Shown: positions 1 to 10,093 of the stretch, piece after piece
Numbering within the stretch: the stretch's first letter is position 1
Layout: each line of letters opens with the position of its first letter
Source: an uncultured Gemmatimonadaceae bacterium
GTDB taxonomy: Bacteria; Gemmatimonadota; Gemmatimonadetes; Gemmatimonadales; Gemmatimonadaceae
Reading direction: 5' to 3'
DNA: 64,000 nucleotides
Assembly: GCA_963843845.1 (NCBI GenBank)
Contig: CAWJMB010000002.1
Location: 1,024,001 to 1,088,000 of the forward strand
The notes under the pieces: generated by a model
What the model saw: only the letters and a program-made list of their open reading frames with translations
What the model was told of the DNA's origin: nothing
The model's database searches: none
Made by a program: the position numbers and the translations under genes

Positions 1-628
1 CGCCGACACTCTTCCGCACGTCGGACAGTCCGGCCTCGGCGGCCACGTTCGTGAAGCGGCGGACGGGGGTCGGGAATCCGGTCGGCGCCTCGTTCCGGAA
101 GAGCGCGTTCGGGCGGTCGCGGAAGGCGACGAACAGATCGAGATCGCCGTCGCCGTCGTAGTCGATCCACGCGGGCTGCCGCACCGCGCCCGAGTCGGTC
201 GCGAGCGCGCCGGCGTCGCGCGTCACGTCGACGAACCGCCGCCCGTCACCCGGCGACGCGCCGGCGTCGTTGCGATAGAGACGGAGCACCGAGCCGCTCC
301 CCGGCGCGTAGCCGACGAGCAGATCGGGGTCGCCGTCCGCGTCCCAGTCGCCCCACGCGGCGGCGCGCGTCGGCCGCGGATCGGCGACGCCGACCGTCGC
401 CGCGACGTCGACGAACGTGCCGCCGTCGTTGCGGTACAGCCGGTTCGCCGCCCCGTTGAAGCCGACGAACAGATCGGCGTCGCCGTCGCCGTCGTAGTCG
501 GCCCAGGCGTTCACGAAGGCGTTCCCCGCGGCGAACAGGTCGGTCTGCACCGGCTCGAACGCCGGCGGCTGCGCGGCGAGCGTCACGACGCTCGCCGCGC
601 CGAGGAGCACGACGGTCCGGGCGCGCAT
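1..628 (-). CDS. FG-GAP/VCBS-repeat (CRTAC1/ASPIC-UnbV-like) secreted protein, 3' end outside window
   Basis: Manual translation from ATG 628: MRARTVVLLGAASVVTLAAQPPAFEP..., with repeated WADYDGDGDADLFV, WGDWDADGDPDLLV, WIDYDGDGDLDLFV and LYRND motifs. Confidence 0.85.
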   Translation of the reverse strand, partial: MRARTVVLLGAASVVTLAAQPPAFEPVQTDLFAAGNAFVNAWADYDGDGDADLFVGFNGAANRLYRNDGGTFVDVAATVGVADPRPTRAAAWGDWDADGDPDLLVGYAPGSGSVLRLYRNDAGASPGDGRRFVDVTRDAGALATDSGAVRQPAWIDYDGDGDLDLFVAFRDRPNALFRNEAPTGFPTPVRRFTNVAAEAGLSDVRKSVG

Positions 629-642
629 CGAGACGCCGTTCG

Positions 643-2109
643 CTACGGCGTCGCCGACGCGCGCGGGAACTGCCCGTCGCGCATCGCGGCGTTGTAGGCG
701 AACGACGCGAGGATCACCGACGCCTGCTTCAGCCCGTTCAGGTCCACGCGCTCGTAGAAATCCATGTTCGTGTGGTGCACGCGCGTGTCGTACTCGGCGT
801 AGTCCTGGATCGTGTTGAAGCCGGGGAGTCCCAACGCGGTGAACGACAGATGGTCGGTGTTGCCGATCTTCTCGACGATGTTGCGGCGCGCGCCGAGGTC
901 GGTGAACGGCGCGAGCCACTGATCGAAGATCGACTTGGCCGCACCGTTCCCCTCACTGTACCACCCGTAGATCGGCCCCGTCCCCGGATCGTTGTTGAGA
1001 TAGACGGAGAACTTCGCGCGCGCCGCGGCGTTCGCGTCGCCGGCGTAGTGGCGCTGCGCGTACGCGCGCGAGCCGAGCAGCCCCTCCTCCTCGCCGCCCC
1101 AGATCGCCGCGCGGATCGTGCGCCGCGGCTTCACGCCGGTCGCCTTGAGAATGCGCATCGCCTCGATCAGCTCCGCGACCGCGTCGGCGTTGTCAGCCGC
1201 GCCCGTCGCCGAATGCCACGAGTCGATGTGGGCGCCCAGCAGCACGACCTCGTCGCCGATCGCCGGGTCGGTGCCCGGGATCTCCGCCAGCACGTTGTAG
1301 CCGAGCGTGTCCGCCGTGTGGTAGCGCGCGCGGACCCCGATCCGGAGCGTCGGCGTCGTCCACGCCTTCATCATGCGCACGATCATGTTGTACTGCTCCG
1401 ACGCGACGATGAGCGACGGCACCGAGTTCTCCGGCGTGCTCGTGCGGCTGCCCAACACGAACATCGTCCCCTCGTTCCCTTCGGTCGGCCGCAGCACCGC
1501 CGCCGCGCCGAGCTCGCGCAGCGTCTGCATCATGACGGCGCGCGGGAGCGGTCCCGTCGCGTTGTTCGCCCGCGGCGCGCCGATCGGCACGGGCGTGTCG
1601 CTCAGCGTCGGCTGCAGGCGGTCTTTCGTGATGAAGAGCTCCTGCGGCTTCGTCGCGAGCACGATCGCGCCGCGGATCTGCGCGGCATGCGCGCGGACCG
1701 AGTCGACGTTCGCGAGGTCGCCGATGTAGACGGGCGTGCCGCTCACGATGTCCTTCGTCGACGGCGTCCACGCCTCGGCGTACGCGATGAGCGGCATGTA
1801 GCGCGGCGCCGTCAGCTCGGCGACCTGCCCCTCGAGCGTCCAGCCCTTGCCGAACGGCCACGACTCGAGGCGCACGTTGCTCAGGCCATAGTCGCGGAGC
1901 TTCTGCGCGGACCAGTCGACCGACTGCTTGAACGCCGGCGTGCCGGTGAGGCGGGGGCCGATGACGTTCGTGAGGTGGTCGAACAGTTGGACCACCTGCG
2001 AGCGGTTCATCCCCTCGTCGCGGATGCGGGCGAGGGTGGCGGCGTCCTGGGCGCGGGCGGGAGCCGCGAGCGCGAGGGCGGCGAGAGCGAGGAGCGCGGT
2101 GCGAGACAT
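643..2109 (-). CDS. M28 family metallopeptidase (carboxypeptidase Q-like), secreted
   Basis: Signal peptide; GAHIDSW, GAADNA, GEEEGLLGS, TDH and HHTNMD motifs. Confidence 0.9.
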   Translation of the reverse strand: MSRTALLALAALALAAPARAQDAATLARIRDEGMNRSQVVQLFDHLTNVIGPRLTGTPAFKQSVDWSAQKLRDYGLSNVRLESWPFGKGWTLEGQVAELTAPRYMPLIAYAEAWTPSTKDIVSGTPVYIGDLANVDSVRAHAAQIRGAIVLATKPQELFITKDRLQPTLSDTPVPIGAPRANNATGPLPRAVMMQTLRELGAAAVLRPTEGNEGTMFVLGSRTSTPENSVPSLIVASEQYNMIVRMMKAWTTPTLRIGVRARYHTADTLGYNVLAEIPGTDPAIGDEVVLLGAHIDSWHSATGAADNADAVAELIEAMRILKATGVKPRRTIRAAIWGGEEEGLLGSRAYAQRHYAGDANAAARAKFSVYLNNDPGTGPIYGWYSEGNGAAKSIFDQWLAPFTDLGARRNIVEKIGNTDHLSFTALGLPGFNTIQDYAEYDTRVHHTNMDFYERVDLNGLKQASVILASFAYNAAMRDGQFPRASATP

Positions 2110-2211
2110 GGCGGGGCGGCTGGGCGGAGGGTTCAGCTCCGAATGTAGCCGGCGGGGCGGTGCGCATCGTTCGTGCGGGTGCCCGCCATTCCGGATGCGT
2201 CGCCCGCGTCG

Positions 2212-2253
2212 GGCGATGCTGTCGCATCACGTGTGTGATGCCACAGCATCGCC
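2212..2253. repeat. 19-bp inverted repeat with 4-nt loop
   Basis: ggcgatgctgtcgcatcac-gtgt-gtgatgccacagcatcgcc, one mismatch, intergenic. Confidence 0.8.
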
Positions 2254-2353
2254 GGTCGACGTGCCGGGCGGCGGGGAGGCGGAACTCGAGCGGTGTCGCG
2301 AACAGCGCCGCGACGTTTCCGCCGGTCGATCAGGTCGGTGCGTCGCTCGTCGC

Positions 2354-3985
2354 TCAGTAGTGCCAGCTCGCGAAGTCCGTCCCCGCCGGCGCCGTGCGCC
2401 GCATCTGCGCGTCCATCTTCGTCAGCAGCTCCGCGGGACCCGGCCCCCAACAGTGCGGCGCCCGCGGCTGATAGACGATCTCGCCCGTCCACGTCGGCGC
2501 CGTCGCCGACTTCAGGAAGGTCTCCAGATGCGCGACGCCGTTCTCGAGGTAGTACGAGTCGTCCTCGCCGACGTAGACGTTGATCTTGTCGGCCACCTTC
2601 GGGCCCAACGTCGCCCAGTTCGTCTGCAGGATGTTCCGCAGGTCGTAGTGCTCCTTCCAGTACTGCGCGACCGACTTGTCGATGACGCCGGTCCGCTTGT
2701 CCCAGATCGGCTTCGGATAGCCGTCCGCGCCGACGGGACTGTACGTCGCCTCCCAGATGTCCCACTGTCCGCCGGACCGTGAGTGATCGCCCGAGACGTA
2801 CTCGTACCAGTTCTCGTCTTTCATCATCGCCAGGATGTTGCCATCCGGCTGGCGACGGGTCGGGCGGTCGACCTTCATCCAGCCGCGGTCGAACCAGTAG
2901 GCGTTCGTGTCGCCGTAGACGTCGACGATCTGGTGGTAGCGGAAGTCGACGCCGTCGGGGCACAGCGACCAGGTGCCGCCGTAGAAGTCGGGGTACATCA
3001 CCTGCTTCGCGAGCGAGATCCAGCCGCCGGTCGAGCCGCCCGTCAGCAGTCGCGCCCACGGCTGGCCGATCGCGCGGAACTGCGACTCGATCGCGGGGAT
3101 CAGCTCCTGCATGATCGCGTCGCCGTACGGCCCGTTGTTCGCCGAGTTGACGCCGTACGAGTCGTCGTAGTAGGGCGACGGGTGCTGGATCGTCGCGGCG
3201 ATGACGCGCGGCGTGCCGCCTGCCGCCAGATCCGGCACCGCACCCATGCGCGACGGCCGCAGCGAGAAGTGCCCCTCGTCGTAGACGATCGGGTACTTCG
3301 CGGTCGGGTGCTCGTCGTAGTCCTTCGGCAGCGTGACGACGGCGCCGAGGTAGATGGGGTGCCCCCACCACTTCGTGAGGATCGCGCTCTGCATCCTGAT
3401 GCGGCGTACGTTCCCCGAGTCCTTCGGCACGACGATCGGCGGGATGACCTTGTTCGCGACGAGGGCGATCGGCGTCGACGCGGCAGGGTCGAAGCGCACC
3501 TTCACCGGTTCGCCGTACAGGTTCCCCGGCGACCGCTTCCAGTTCTGCCCCTCCCACTGATCCATGTGCAGCCACACCGTGTGGCCGTCGGCGCGCGCGA
3601 ACTTCGTGTAGACGTTCACGAACGGCTGCACCCAGTACTCGCCGGCCGGAATGTCGCGGAGCGAGCGCGCGGGGTAGCCGAACGTCGACGCGTCGACGAC
3701 GGCCGCGTTCCCTGCGGCCAGCTCGCTCACGTTGACGCCGAAGAGCGGGACGCCGGTCTCACCGGTCTGCTGGATCGGTGTACGCTGTCCGTCGTTCGTG
3801 CGGCTGATCGCGACGTAGACGCGGCCGGTGATCGGGGCGGCGTGCGCGTCAGGGGTGAACGTGACGGTGAAGCGCGGACCACGCGGCGGCGCGGCTTGCG
3901 CGCCGAGGAGGGTGCCGGTGGTGAGGATGCCGATCGCGAGGGTGCCGACGCTCAGCGCGGCGAAGGCGAGTGACGGGCGACGCAT
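2354..3985 (-). CDS. Secreted alpha/beta-hydrolase (putative esterase)
   Basis: Likely start MRRPSLAFAALS at 3985; signal peptide; GGSTGG nucleophile elbow; ELIPAIESQFR. Confidence 0.8.
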   Translation of the reverse strand: MRRPSLAFAALSVGTLAIGILTTGTLLGAQAAPPRGPRFTVTFTPDAHAAPITGRVYVAISRTNDGQRTPIQQTGETGVPLFGVNVSELAAGNAAVVDASTFGYPARSLRDIPAGEYWVQPFVNVYTKFARADGHTVWLHMDQWEGQNWKRSPGNLYGEPVKVRFDPAASTPIALVANKVIPPIVVPKDSGNVRRIRMQSAILTKWWGHPIYLGAVVTLPKDYDEHPTAKYPIVYDEGHFSLRPSRMGAVPDLAAGGTPRVIAATIQHPSPYYDDSYGVNSANNGPYGDAIMQELIPAIESQFRAIGQPWARLLTGGSTGGWISLAKQVMYPDFYGGTWSLCPDGVDFRYHQIVDVYGDTNAYWFDRGWMKVDRPTRRQPDGNILAMMKDENWYEYVSGDHSRSGGQWDIWEATYSPVGADGYPKPIWDKRTGVIDKSVAQYWKEHYDLRNILQTNWATLGPKVADKINVYVGEDDSYYLENGVAHLETFLKSATAPTWTGEIVYQPRAPHCWGPGPAELLTKMDAQMRRTAPAGTDFASWHY

Positions 3986-4073
3986 GAAGGCAGGCTGAGG
4001 AGCGAGGGCGAACGTGTCCGCGCTCACCGGTCGGGCGGCCCCGGTGCCAGGCCGCCCGACCGGCGGAGGAGCG

Positions 4074-4406
4074 TCAGGCGGCGCCGGGCACCGCGATGGG
4101 CGCCGCAGCCGGCGAGACGCCCGCCACGCCAGGACGCGTCCCACCTCGCGGCCAGTATCCGCGCGACGGCTCGGCGCGGCGGACCAGCAGCTGGTCGTAG
4201 TACGCGACGACGCGGTCGCGTACGTCGTCCTGCGTGTCGTCGTCGCCGACGCGGAACGGCGCGAACCGCTGGTGCGACTCGGCCGAGACGATGAACCACC
4301 ACCACCGCTCGCTCGACGCGCGGCGGACGATGTCGACCGAGCAGGTGAACGTACGCCCGCCGTCGATGAACACGAACGGGTCGAGCTCTCTCGTCTGCTT
4401 CTCCAT
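4074..4406 (-). CDS. Hypothetical protein (110 aa)
   Basis: GGAGGA RBS before ATG 4406; protein-like composition MEKQTRELDPFVF...WWWF...FAPFR. Confidence 0.7.
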   Translation of the reverse strand: MEKQTRELDPFVFIDGGRTFTCSVDIVRRASSERWWWFIVSAESHQRFAPFRVGDDDTQDDVRDRVVAYYDQLLVRRAEPSRGYWPRGGTRPGVAGVSPAAAPIAVPGAA

Positions 4407-4425
4407 CAGTCCTCCGGGACGAAAG

Positions 4426-4464
4426 AGCCGGTGTGGCGACGTACGAGGACGCGCCACACCGGCT
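4426..4464 (-). terminator. Hairpin downstream of cold-shock gene, possible intrinsic terminator
   Basis: 13-bp stem agccggtgtggcg/cgccacaccggct followed by CTTTC on the minus strand. Confidence 0.55.
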
Positions 4465-4504
4465 TCACGCGGACGCGACGGATGTCGCGTCCGATCGGCT
4501 ACGC

Positions 4505-4711
4505 TCAGCGCGAGACGACGTTCTCAGCGGCCGGGCCCTTCTGGCCGGGGACGACGTCGAACTCGACCTGCTCGCCTTCGGCGAGCGACTTGTAGCCCTG
4601 CTTCTGAATCGCCGAGTGGTGCACGAAGCAGTCTTTCGACCCGTCGTCAGGGCTGATGAATCCGAAGCCCTTCGCGTCGTTGAACCACTTCACTTTTCCG
4701 GTCGTACGCAT
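4505..4711 (-). CDS. cspA: Cold-shock protein (CspA family, 68 aa)
   Basis: [15 protein letters not shown] (RNP1), DCFVHHSAI (RNP2), [13 protein letters not shown]. Confidence 0.97.
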   Translation of the reverse strand: MRTTGKVKWFNDAKGFGFISPDDGSKDCFVHHSAIQKQGYKSLAEGEQVEFDVVPGQKGPAAENVVSR

Positions 4712-4759
4712 GGAACCTACTCCTGCACGTGTAGTTGAAGTGCGACGGCGCACCGCGGC

Positions 4760-4802
4760 GTGGACAAAAAAGAGGCCCCGCGAGAGCGATGGCCTCTGTC
4801 CA
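4760..4802 (-). promoter_or_regulatory. Terminator-like hairpin in the cspA 5' leader
   Basis: Minus strand TGGAC-AGAGGCC-atcgctctcgcgg-GGCCTCT-TTTTT-GTCCA. Confidence 0.6.
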
Positions 4803-4840
4803 TTGGCGGTGTATGCGCGGCGCGCATGTGTCGCACCTGC

Positions 4841-4869
4841 ATCTTAACGGATCGCGCTCGCTCGTGCAA
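4841..4869 (-). promoter_or_regulatory. Sigma70-like promoter for cspA, overlapping the TolC stop
   Basis: TTGCAC (4869-4864), 17-bp spacer, TAAGAT (4846-4841). Confidence 0.65.
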
Positions 4870-6319
4870 TACGCTCCGACAGATCGCCGACCGCGACGCC
4901 GAGCGCGGCGCGCGTGCCGATGTACTTCGCCTCGAGCTCGGCGAGCTTCTGGCGCGCCTCGAGCACGGCGCGCTCGCGCAGGTTGACGACGAGCAGCGAG
5001 CTCTCGCCCTGCTCGAAGCGCCGCTGCTCTCCTCGCAGCAGCTGCGACGCCTGCGACACGGCGAGGCGCTGCACGTCGAGCACCGCGACGAGCGTCGACA
5101 GCTCGTTCACCGTCGCGCGCACGTCGAGCTCGACGTCGCGGCGGGCGCGCGCGACGTCGAGCTCCTGCGCCTCGAGCTTCGCGTCCGCCTGCCGCAGCTT
5201 GCCGCGCTCTTTCATGAACAGCAGCGGCGACTTGAACGACCCGCCGAGCGCGTAGCTCTGCCCGCCGGGGCTGGCCAGCGCCCCGACGTCGCGCTGCGGG
5301 GCGATCGAGTTCAGCGTCACCTCGGCGAACGGAATCACTCCCTGCCGCGCGAACGTGCGGCCGGCGGCGGCGCCCTCTTCCTTCGCCTCCGCCTTCACGA
5401 CGTCGGGGTGGCGCTCGACGGCCGCGCGCAGCCACGCCGGCAGCGCCGCGGAGTCGAGCGGCGCCGGCTCGAGTCCGGCCGCGGTCGGCGCCGCGTCGGG
5501 GGGCAGCGCGATCGGCGACGCACGCTCGTCCCACAGATAGGCGCTCACGCCCAACGCGGTCGCGTAGCGTGCGCGCTCGGCCTCGTAGCGCGCGACGAGG
5601 CGGCGCTGCACCTCGAGCCGCGCTTCCACCGTGTCGATCGGCGCGGCCTCGCCGCGCGCGACGCGCGCCCGCACCGCGACGAGCCGGAACTCGGCGAGCT
5701 GGACGCCTTCCTGCGCCACGGCGAGCACGCGCGAGGCTTCGTACCACGCCGCGTAGTCCTTCGCCGCCGAGAGGAGGAGCTTGTTCAGCGAGGCGCGCTG
5801 CTCGCCGTCGGCGACCGACGCCTGCGCGCGGGCGATCGCGAGGGCGTTGCGTCGCTCGTCGGTCAGCACGCGCTGGCCCAGCGGGACGCCGAGCCCGAGC
5901 TTGAAGATGCCCGCGCGCGGCGTGTAGCGGTCCGCCGCGATGCGCGGCCCGCTGGCGCGCTCGTACGCGAGCTTCACGTCCGATCCGACGACGGGGAGCG
6001 GGACTTTCGCTTCGGCCGTCAGATAGTTGAAGTACGTCGAGCCGAGGAACGCCTTCTGGTCGAGCGACGCGCTGAGCGTCGGGTCGAACGCGCCACGCGC
6101 CTCGAGCACCGCGCCGCGCGCCTGCTCGGCGCCGAGCCGCGCCTGACGCGCCGCGGGGTGCGTGGCGAGCACCCGCGCGGCGAACTCGGCGAACGGCAGC
6201 GGGCGTCCCGAGTCGGGGAGGGCGGGGGTGTCTGAAACCTGCGCGCCCGACGATCGGGCACCGACCGACGCCGCACATGCCGCGACCATCACACGCGCCG
6301 CGATCCGACGGCTCCGCAT
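4844..6319 (-). CDS. TolC family outer-membrane protein
   Basis: ARGAFDPTL, two helical OEP-like halves, C-terminal FEQGESSLLVVNLRE; TGATG overlap with the upstream HlyD stop. Confidence 0.9.
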   Translation of the reverse strand: MRSRRIAARVMVAACAASVGARSSGAQVSDTPALPDSGRPLPFAEFAARVLATHPAARQARLGAEQARGAVLEARGAFDPTLSASLDQKAFLGSTYFNYLTAEAKVPLPVVGSDVKLAYERASGPRIAADRYTPRAGIFKLGLGVPLGQRVLTDERRNALAIARAQASVADGEQRASLNKLLLSAAKDYAAWYEASRVLAVAQEGVQLAEFRLVAVRARVARGEAAPIDTVEARLEVQRRLVARYEAERARYATALGVSAYLWDERASPIALPPDAAPTAAGLEPAPLDSAALPAWLRAAVERHPDVVKAEAKEEGAAAGRTFARQGVIPFAEVTLNSIAPQRDVGALASPGGQSYALGGSFKSPLLFMKERGKLRQADAKLEAQELDVARARRDVELDVRATVNELSTLVAVLDVQRLAVSQASQLLRGEQRRFEQGESSLLVVNLRERAVLEARQKLAELEAKYIGTRAALGVAVGDLSERIARASAIR

Positions 6320-7664
6320 CACGCCTTCGCTCCTTTCCCGCCCGTCGCGCCCTTGCCCTCGTCGTCGAACGGCCGCGCGACCGACGGCGGGAAGCCGTTC
6401 AGCTGCCGCCAGACCTCGTACCAGACGCGCACCTCGCGCAGCATCGCCCAGCCGTAGACGCCCGAGCCGATCCGCACCTGCCGCGGCCACGCCTCGTCGG
6501 TCGAGTCGGGGGTCACGCGAGCACGCGGAAGCGGCCGTCGCGCGCCGCGACGCGGTCCACGACGGCGACGCGCCCGCCGAAGGTGCCGACGCTCACGCTC
6601 GGCCACCCGGCGAACTGCAGCGCGGGCCAGCCGTCGAACTGCAGGCGCACCTTGTCGCCGGTCCGGAGGAGCGGCACGTCCATCGCTCGCACGTACAGCT
6701 CGACCGCCTGCTCGGGCTCCGCCGGCTGCACGGTGACGATCGGGTCGCCGGCCTTCACCGTCTGGCCGAGGCCGACCTGCTGCGCCTGAACGACGTAGCC
6801 GTCCTGCGGCGCGGTGATGACGCGGAACGCGGCCCGCGCGCGGAGCGACGCGACTTTGTTGGCGAGCTTCGCGACCTCGGCGTCGCCGTCGTTCGCCTCG
6901 GCGAGCGTCTTCGCGCGGTCGGCGCGCGCCTTCACGATCTCCTTCCGATACTCCGCGGCGACGGCGCGCACGTCGATCCGTGCGTTCGCGAGGCCGGCGC
7001 GCTTGTCGGCGAGGTCGGCGAACGCCTTCTGCGCCTTGATCTGCGCCGTCTGCAAGTCGTTCGTGGACGAGAGCCCGTCGGCGGCGAGCGCCTGGCGGCG
7101 ACGAAGCTGGTCCGCGGCGACCGCGCTGTCGGCGGCCGCCGCGCGCACCTCGGCCTCGTACTGCCCGATCTTGTTCTGCGTCTGTTCGAGCTTCAGCACG
7201 AGTGCCTGCTCGAGCGCGCGCCCCTGCGCGTCGAGCGCCGAGGCGGCGCGGCGCTTGTCGGCGACCGAGGCGGTCTTCGAGGCGCGCTGCGACTCGGTGT
7301 TCGGCACGAGATCGGGGTCGAGGTAGTCGTCCTTGATCTCGGAGATGCGGGCGATCGGGTCGCCGCGGCGCACGAACTGTCCTTCGCGGACGTACCACTC
7401 CCGGATCTGCCCGTCGATCGCGCGCGGGCAGCGTCATCGGGCGGTCCTGCGGGCGCAGCGCGGTCACCGTCCCGGTTCCCTGCACGTTCTGCTGCCAGGG
7501 CAGGAAGAGCGACGCGAGGAGGACGACGCCGACCAGCGCGAGACCCAGCGGAAGAACGCGCGGTGGCCTCGCCCCGTCGCGAGCGCCGTCGGCGCGTAGA
7601 GGCGCAGCGGCCGAGCTCTCGCTCGACCGCTTCGGAGCCGAGCGGCTCGATGTCGTGAGGCCAT
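6319..7664 (-). CDS. HlyD family membrane-fusion protein (several frameshifts, start approximate)
   Basis: Pieces in different frames: LFLPWQQNVQGTGTVTALRPQDRP, VRRGDPIARISEIKDDYLDP, ITAPQDGYVVQ, VRLQFDGWPALQFAGWP, VWYEVWRQLNGFPP. Confidence 0.85.
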
Positions 7665-7679
7665 GGGCCGGGACGTCGG

Positions 7680-9972
7680 ATAGCGGGGGGCGGCGGGACC
7701 GCGCCCCAGGCCGCACGAGCCTGGAGGAGCGGGGTGTCGTTCGCCAGCTCTCGAAGCGGCCGTCGCGGACCACCGCCCACCGTCGAGCACGAGCACGCGG
7801 TCGCACGCCGCGAGGTAGGCCGGGTCGTGCGAGACGAGGAGCAGCGTCCACGGCGCGCGCGGGTCGGTCATGCACTCGACCAGGTGCTGGCGGCAGTCGG
7901 GCTCGACGTTCTGGTAGTAGTCGTCGACGAGCACGAGGCGCGGGCGTCCGGCGACGGCCTGGGCGACGAGCAGGCGGCGCACGACGTGCGTCGGCAGCTC
8001 GCGGCCGCCGTTGCGGACGACCGTGCGGAGGCCGCGCGGCTGCGCCTGCAGCCACTCGCTGAGCCCGACGCGTTCGGCGGCGCGGAGCACGTCGTGCGCG
8101 CACACGTCGGGGCGCCCCACGGAGACGTTCTCCTCGACGGTGCCGTCGAACAGGTCGGTGGGCGAGAGCAGCTGCCCGACCGCGCCGCGATACTCGGCGC
8201 GGTCCAGCTCGCGCAGCGGCACGCCGTTGACCGCCGCGCTCCCCTCGTATCCGTCGAGCAGGCCGCCGAGGAGCGGAGGAGCGTGGTCTGGCCGCTCCCC
8301 TCGTAGCCCGGTGATGCCGAGCCGCTCGCCGGGCGAACGCGCGCAGCGTGAGGCCGCGCGAGCGCCGAGCGGCGCGCATGGCGCGTAGCGGAGCGTCAGC
8401 GTTGCGCTCGAGCGTGAGCGCCATGCCGGGCGCCGAGGCGCGCCGAGCGGCGCCGCGGGGAGCACCGCCCGCCGGCTCGAGCGCGAGGTCGGTCACGTGC
8501 CCGAGCTTGTCGACGGCGGTCAGCACGTCGTAGACGGTGGGCGAGCGACGAGACGAGCTTCTCGATCCCCGCGAGCACGGTGACGATGACGATCTCGCTC
8601 GCGACGAACTGGCCGAGCGTGATCTGGTTGCCGTGACGAGCGCGATGCCGAGGACGAGCAGCGCCCCGACGATGAGCGTGCTTGAAAGCCGATGAGCGCG
8701 ACCGCCTGCTGCACGAGCACGCGGAAGTGCGACTTGCGGTACTTGAGGTAGCCGCCCAGCAGCTCGTCGATGCGCTCGACGGGGAGCGAGGAGCGGCCGG
8801 CGAACTTGAACGCGGTGTTCGCGCGCGCGACTTCCTCGAGCCAGTGGACGATGCGGTACTTGTACTTCGATTCCATGAGGCTCGTCGCGAGCCCCTTCGG
8901 ACCGGTGACCCAGAACAGCAGCGCGAGCAGCAGCGCGAGCGCGAGCGCCGAAGAAGGTGAAGTACGGGTGATAGAGCATGAGCAGCACGAGCCCGAACAG
9001 CACGGTGAGCAGCGCCGACGAGAAGTCGAGCAGCAGCTTCGCGAGCGACTTCTGGATCGTGACCGTCTCGAAGAAGCGGTTCATCAGCTCCGGCAGATTC
9101 TCGCGGAGCGATACGTCGAAGCGGAGGCGCGGCACGCGGAAGCTCAGGTCGAGCGCGGCGCGCGCGAAGACGCGCTGCTGGATGCTCTCGACGACCGAGA
9201 GCTGCGTCAGCTGCAACACGCCGACACCGATCGTGCCCAGCACGACGAAGGCGACGAGGAGGAACGTCGGCTGGAGCAGCATGCGTCCCGAGACGAGCTG
9301 CACGATCTGCTGGATCGAGAGCGGCAGCGCGAGCGAGAAGAGACCGGCGAGCGTCGCGTAGCCGAACACGAGCCACACGTCGCGCCGCTCGCGGACGAGC
9401 AGCGTCCACAGCCGCGCGTGCGGCGGCTCGGTGGTGTGCGCGTCGAGCGTCGTGCCGTGCGCCCGCTGCGGCGCCGCCGCGGGGTGCGTCTCGGTGCGTC
9501 GGGTCGTGAGGGCCGCGTCCGTCCGCACGCCGACGAACAGCCGTCGCTCGGCCGTGGCGAGGCCGTCGTCGGTCGGCGCGGGGCCGAGGATGGCGTCGAG
9601 ACTCGTGACGAGCGAGGCGGCGGGGACGCGCACCGGGCGCTGCTCGCCGGTAGCGTCGACGAGGTGACCGGCGACGTCCGGCCCCATGCGCCGGTCGAGC
9701 ACGACGGTGGCGGGGCGCTCGCCGGCGCGCCCGAACAGCAGGAGCGGAAACGCGTCCTCGGCGACCAGCGCCTCGAGCGCCGCGAGATCGCGCGCGAGGA
9801 GGGTGACGCCGGAGTGCCCGACGAAGGTCGCGACCTGAGCGTGCAGCTCGTCCAGCGACGACGGCGGGGCGGCGACGCGTCGAATGTCGGCCGCCCACGT
9901 CGTCGGGTCGGGGTCGATGCCGAGCGCGAGGAGCGTGAGCTGCGAGATGGCGGCGGCGTGCCGAGTCGGCAT
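7680..9972 (-). CDS. Type I secretion-like ABC exporter (N-terminal extension, TMD, NBD); frameshifted, end approximate
   Basis: TMD segment [15 protein letters not shown]...[49 protein letters not shown]...RPRLVLVDD...LVSHD. Confidence 0.85.
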
Positions 9973-10025
9973 GACGTACGAACGAGGCGAGAGGCGAGCG
10001 ACGACGTACCAGCGCCGCGTCAAAT

Positions 10026-10057
10026 ACGAATATCAGTTCGCGTTATTCGTTGCGCAA
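10026..10057. promoter_or_regulatory. Candidate operator between the divergent ABC and HTH genes
   Basis: ACGAATA-N11-TATTCGT inverted repeat followed by TTGCGCAA palindrome in an AT-rich patch. Confidence 0.4.
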
Positions 10058-10093
10058 GTTGTGAATCGCGTCATGCCGTGCATATTTCAGGGT

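Noticed and set aside
6319..10023. ABC-HlyD fusion of 1234 aa
   Set aside because: The frame alternates between real and nonsense segments, consistent with multiple indels across two genes.
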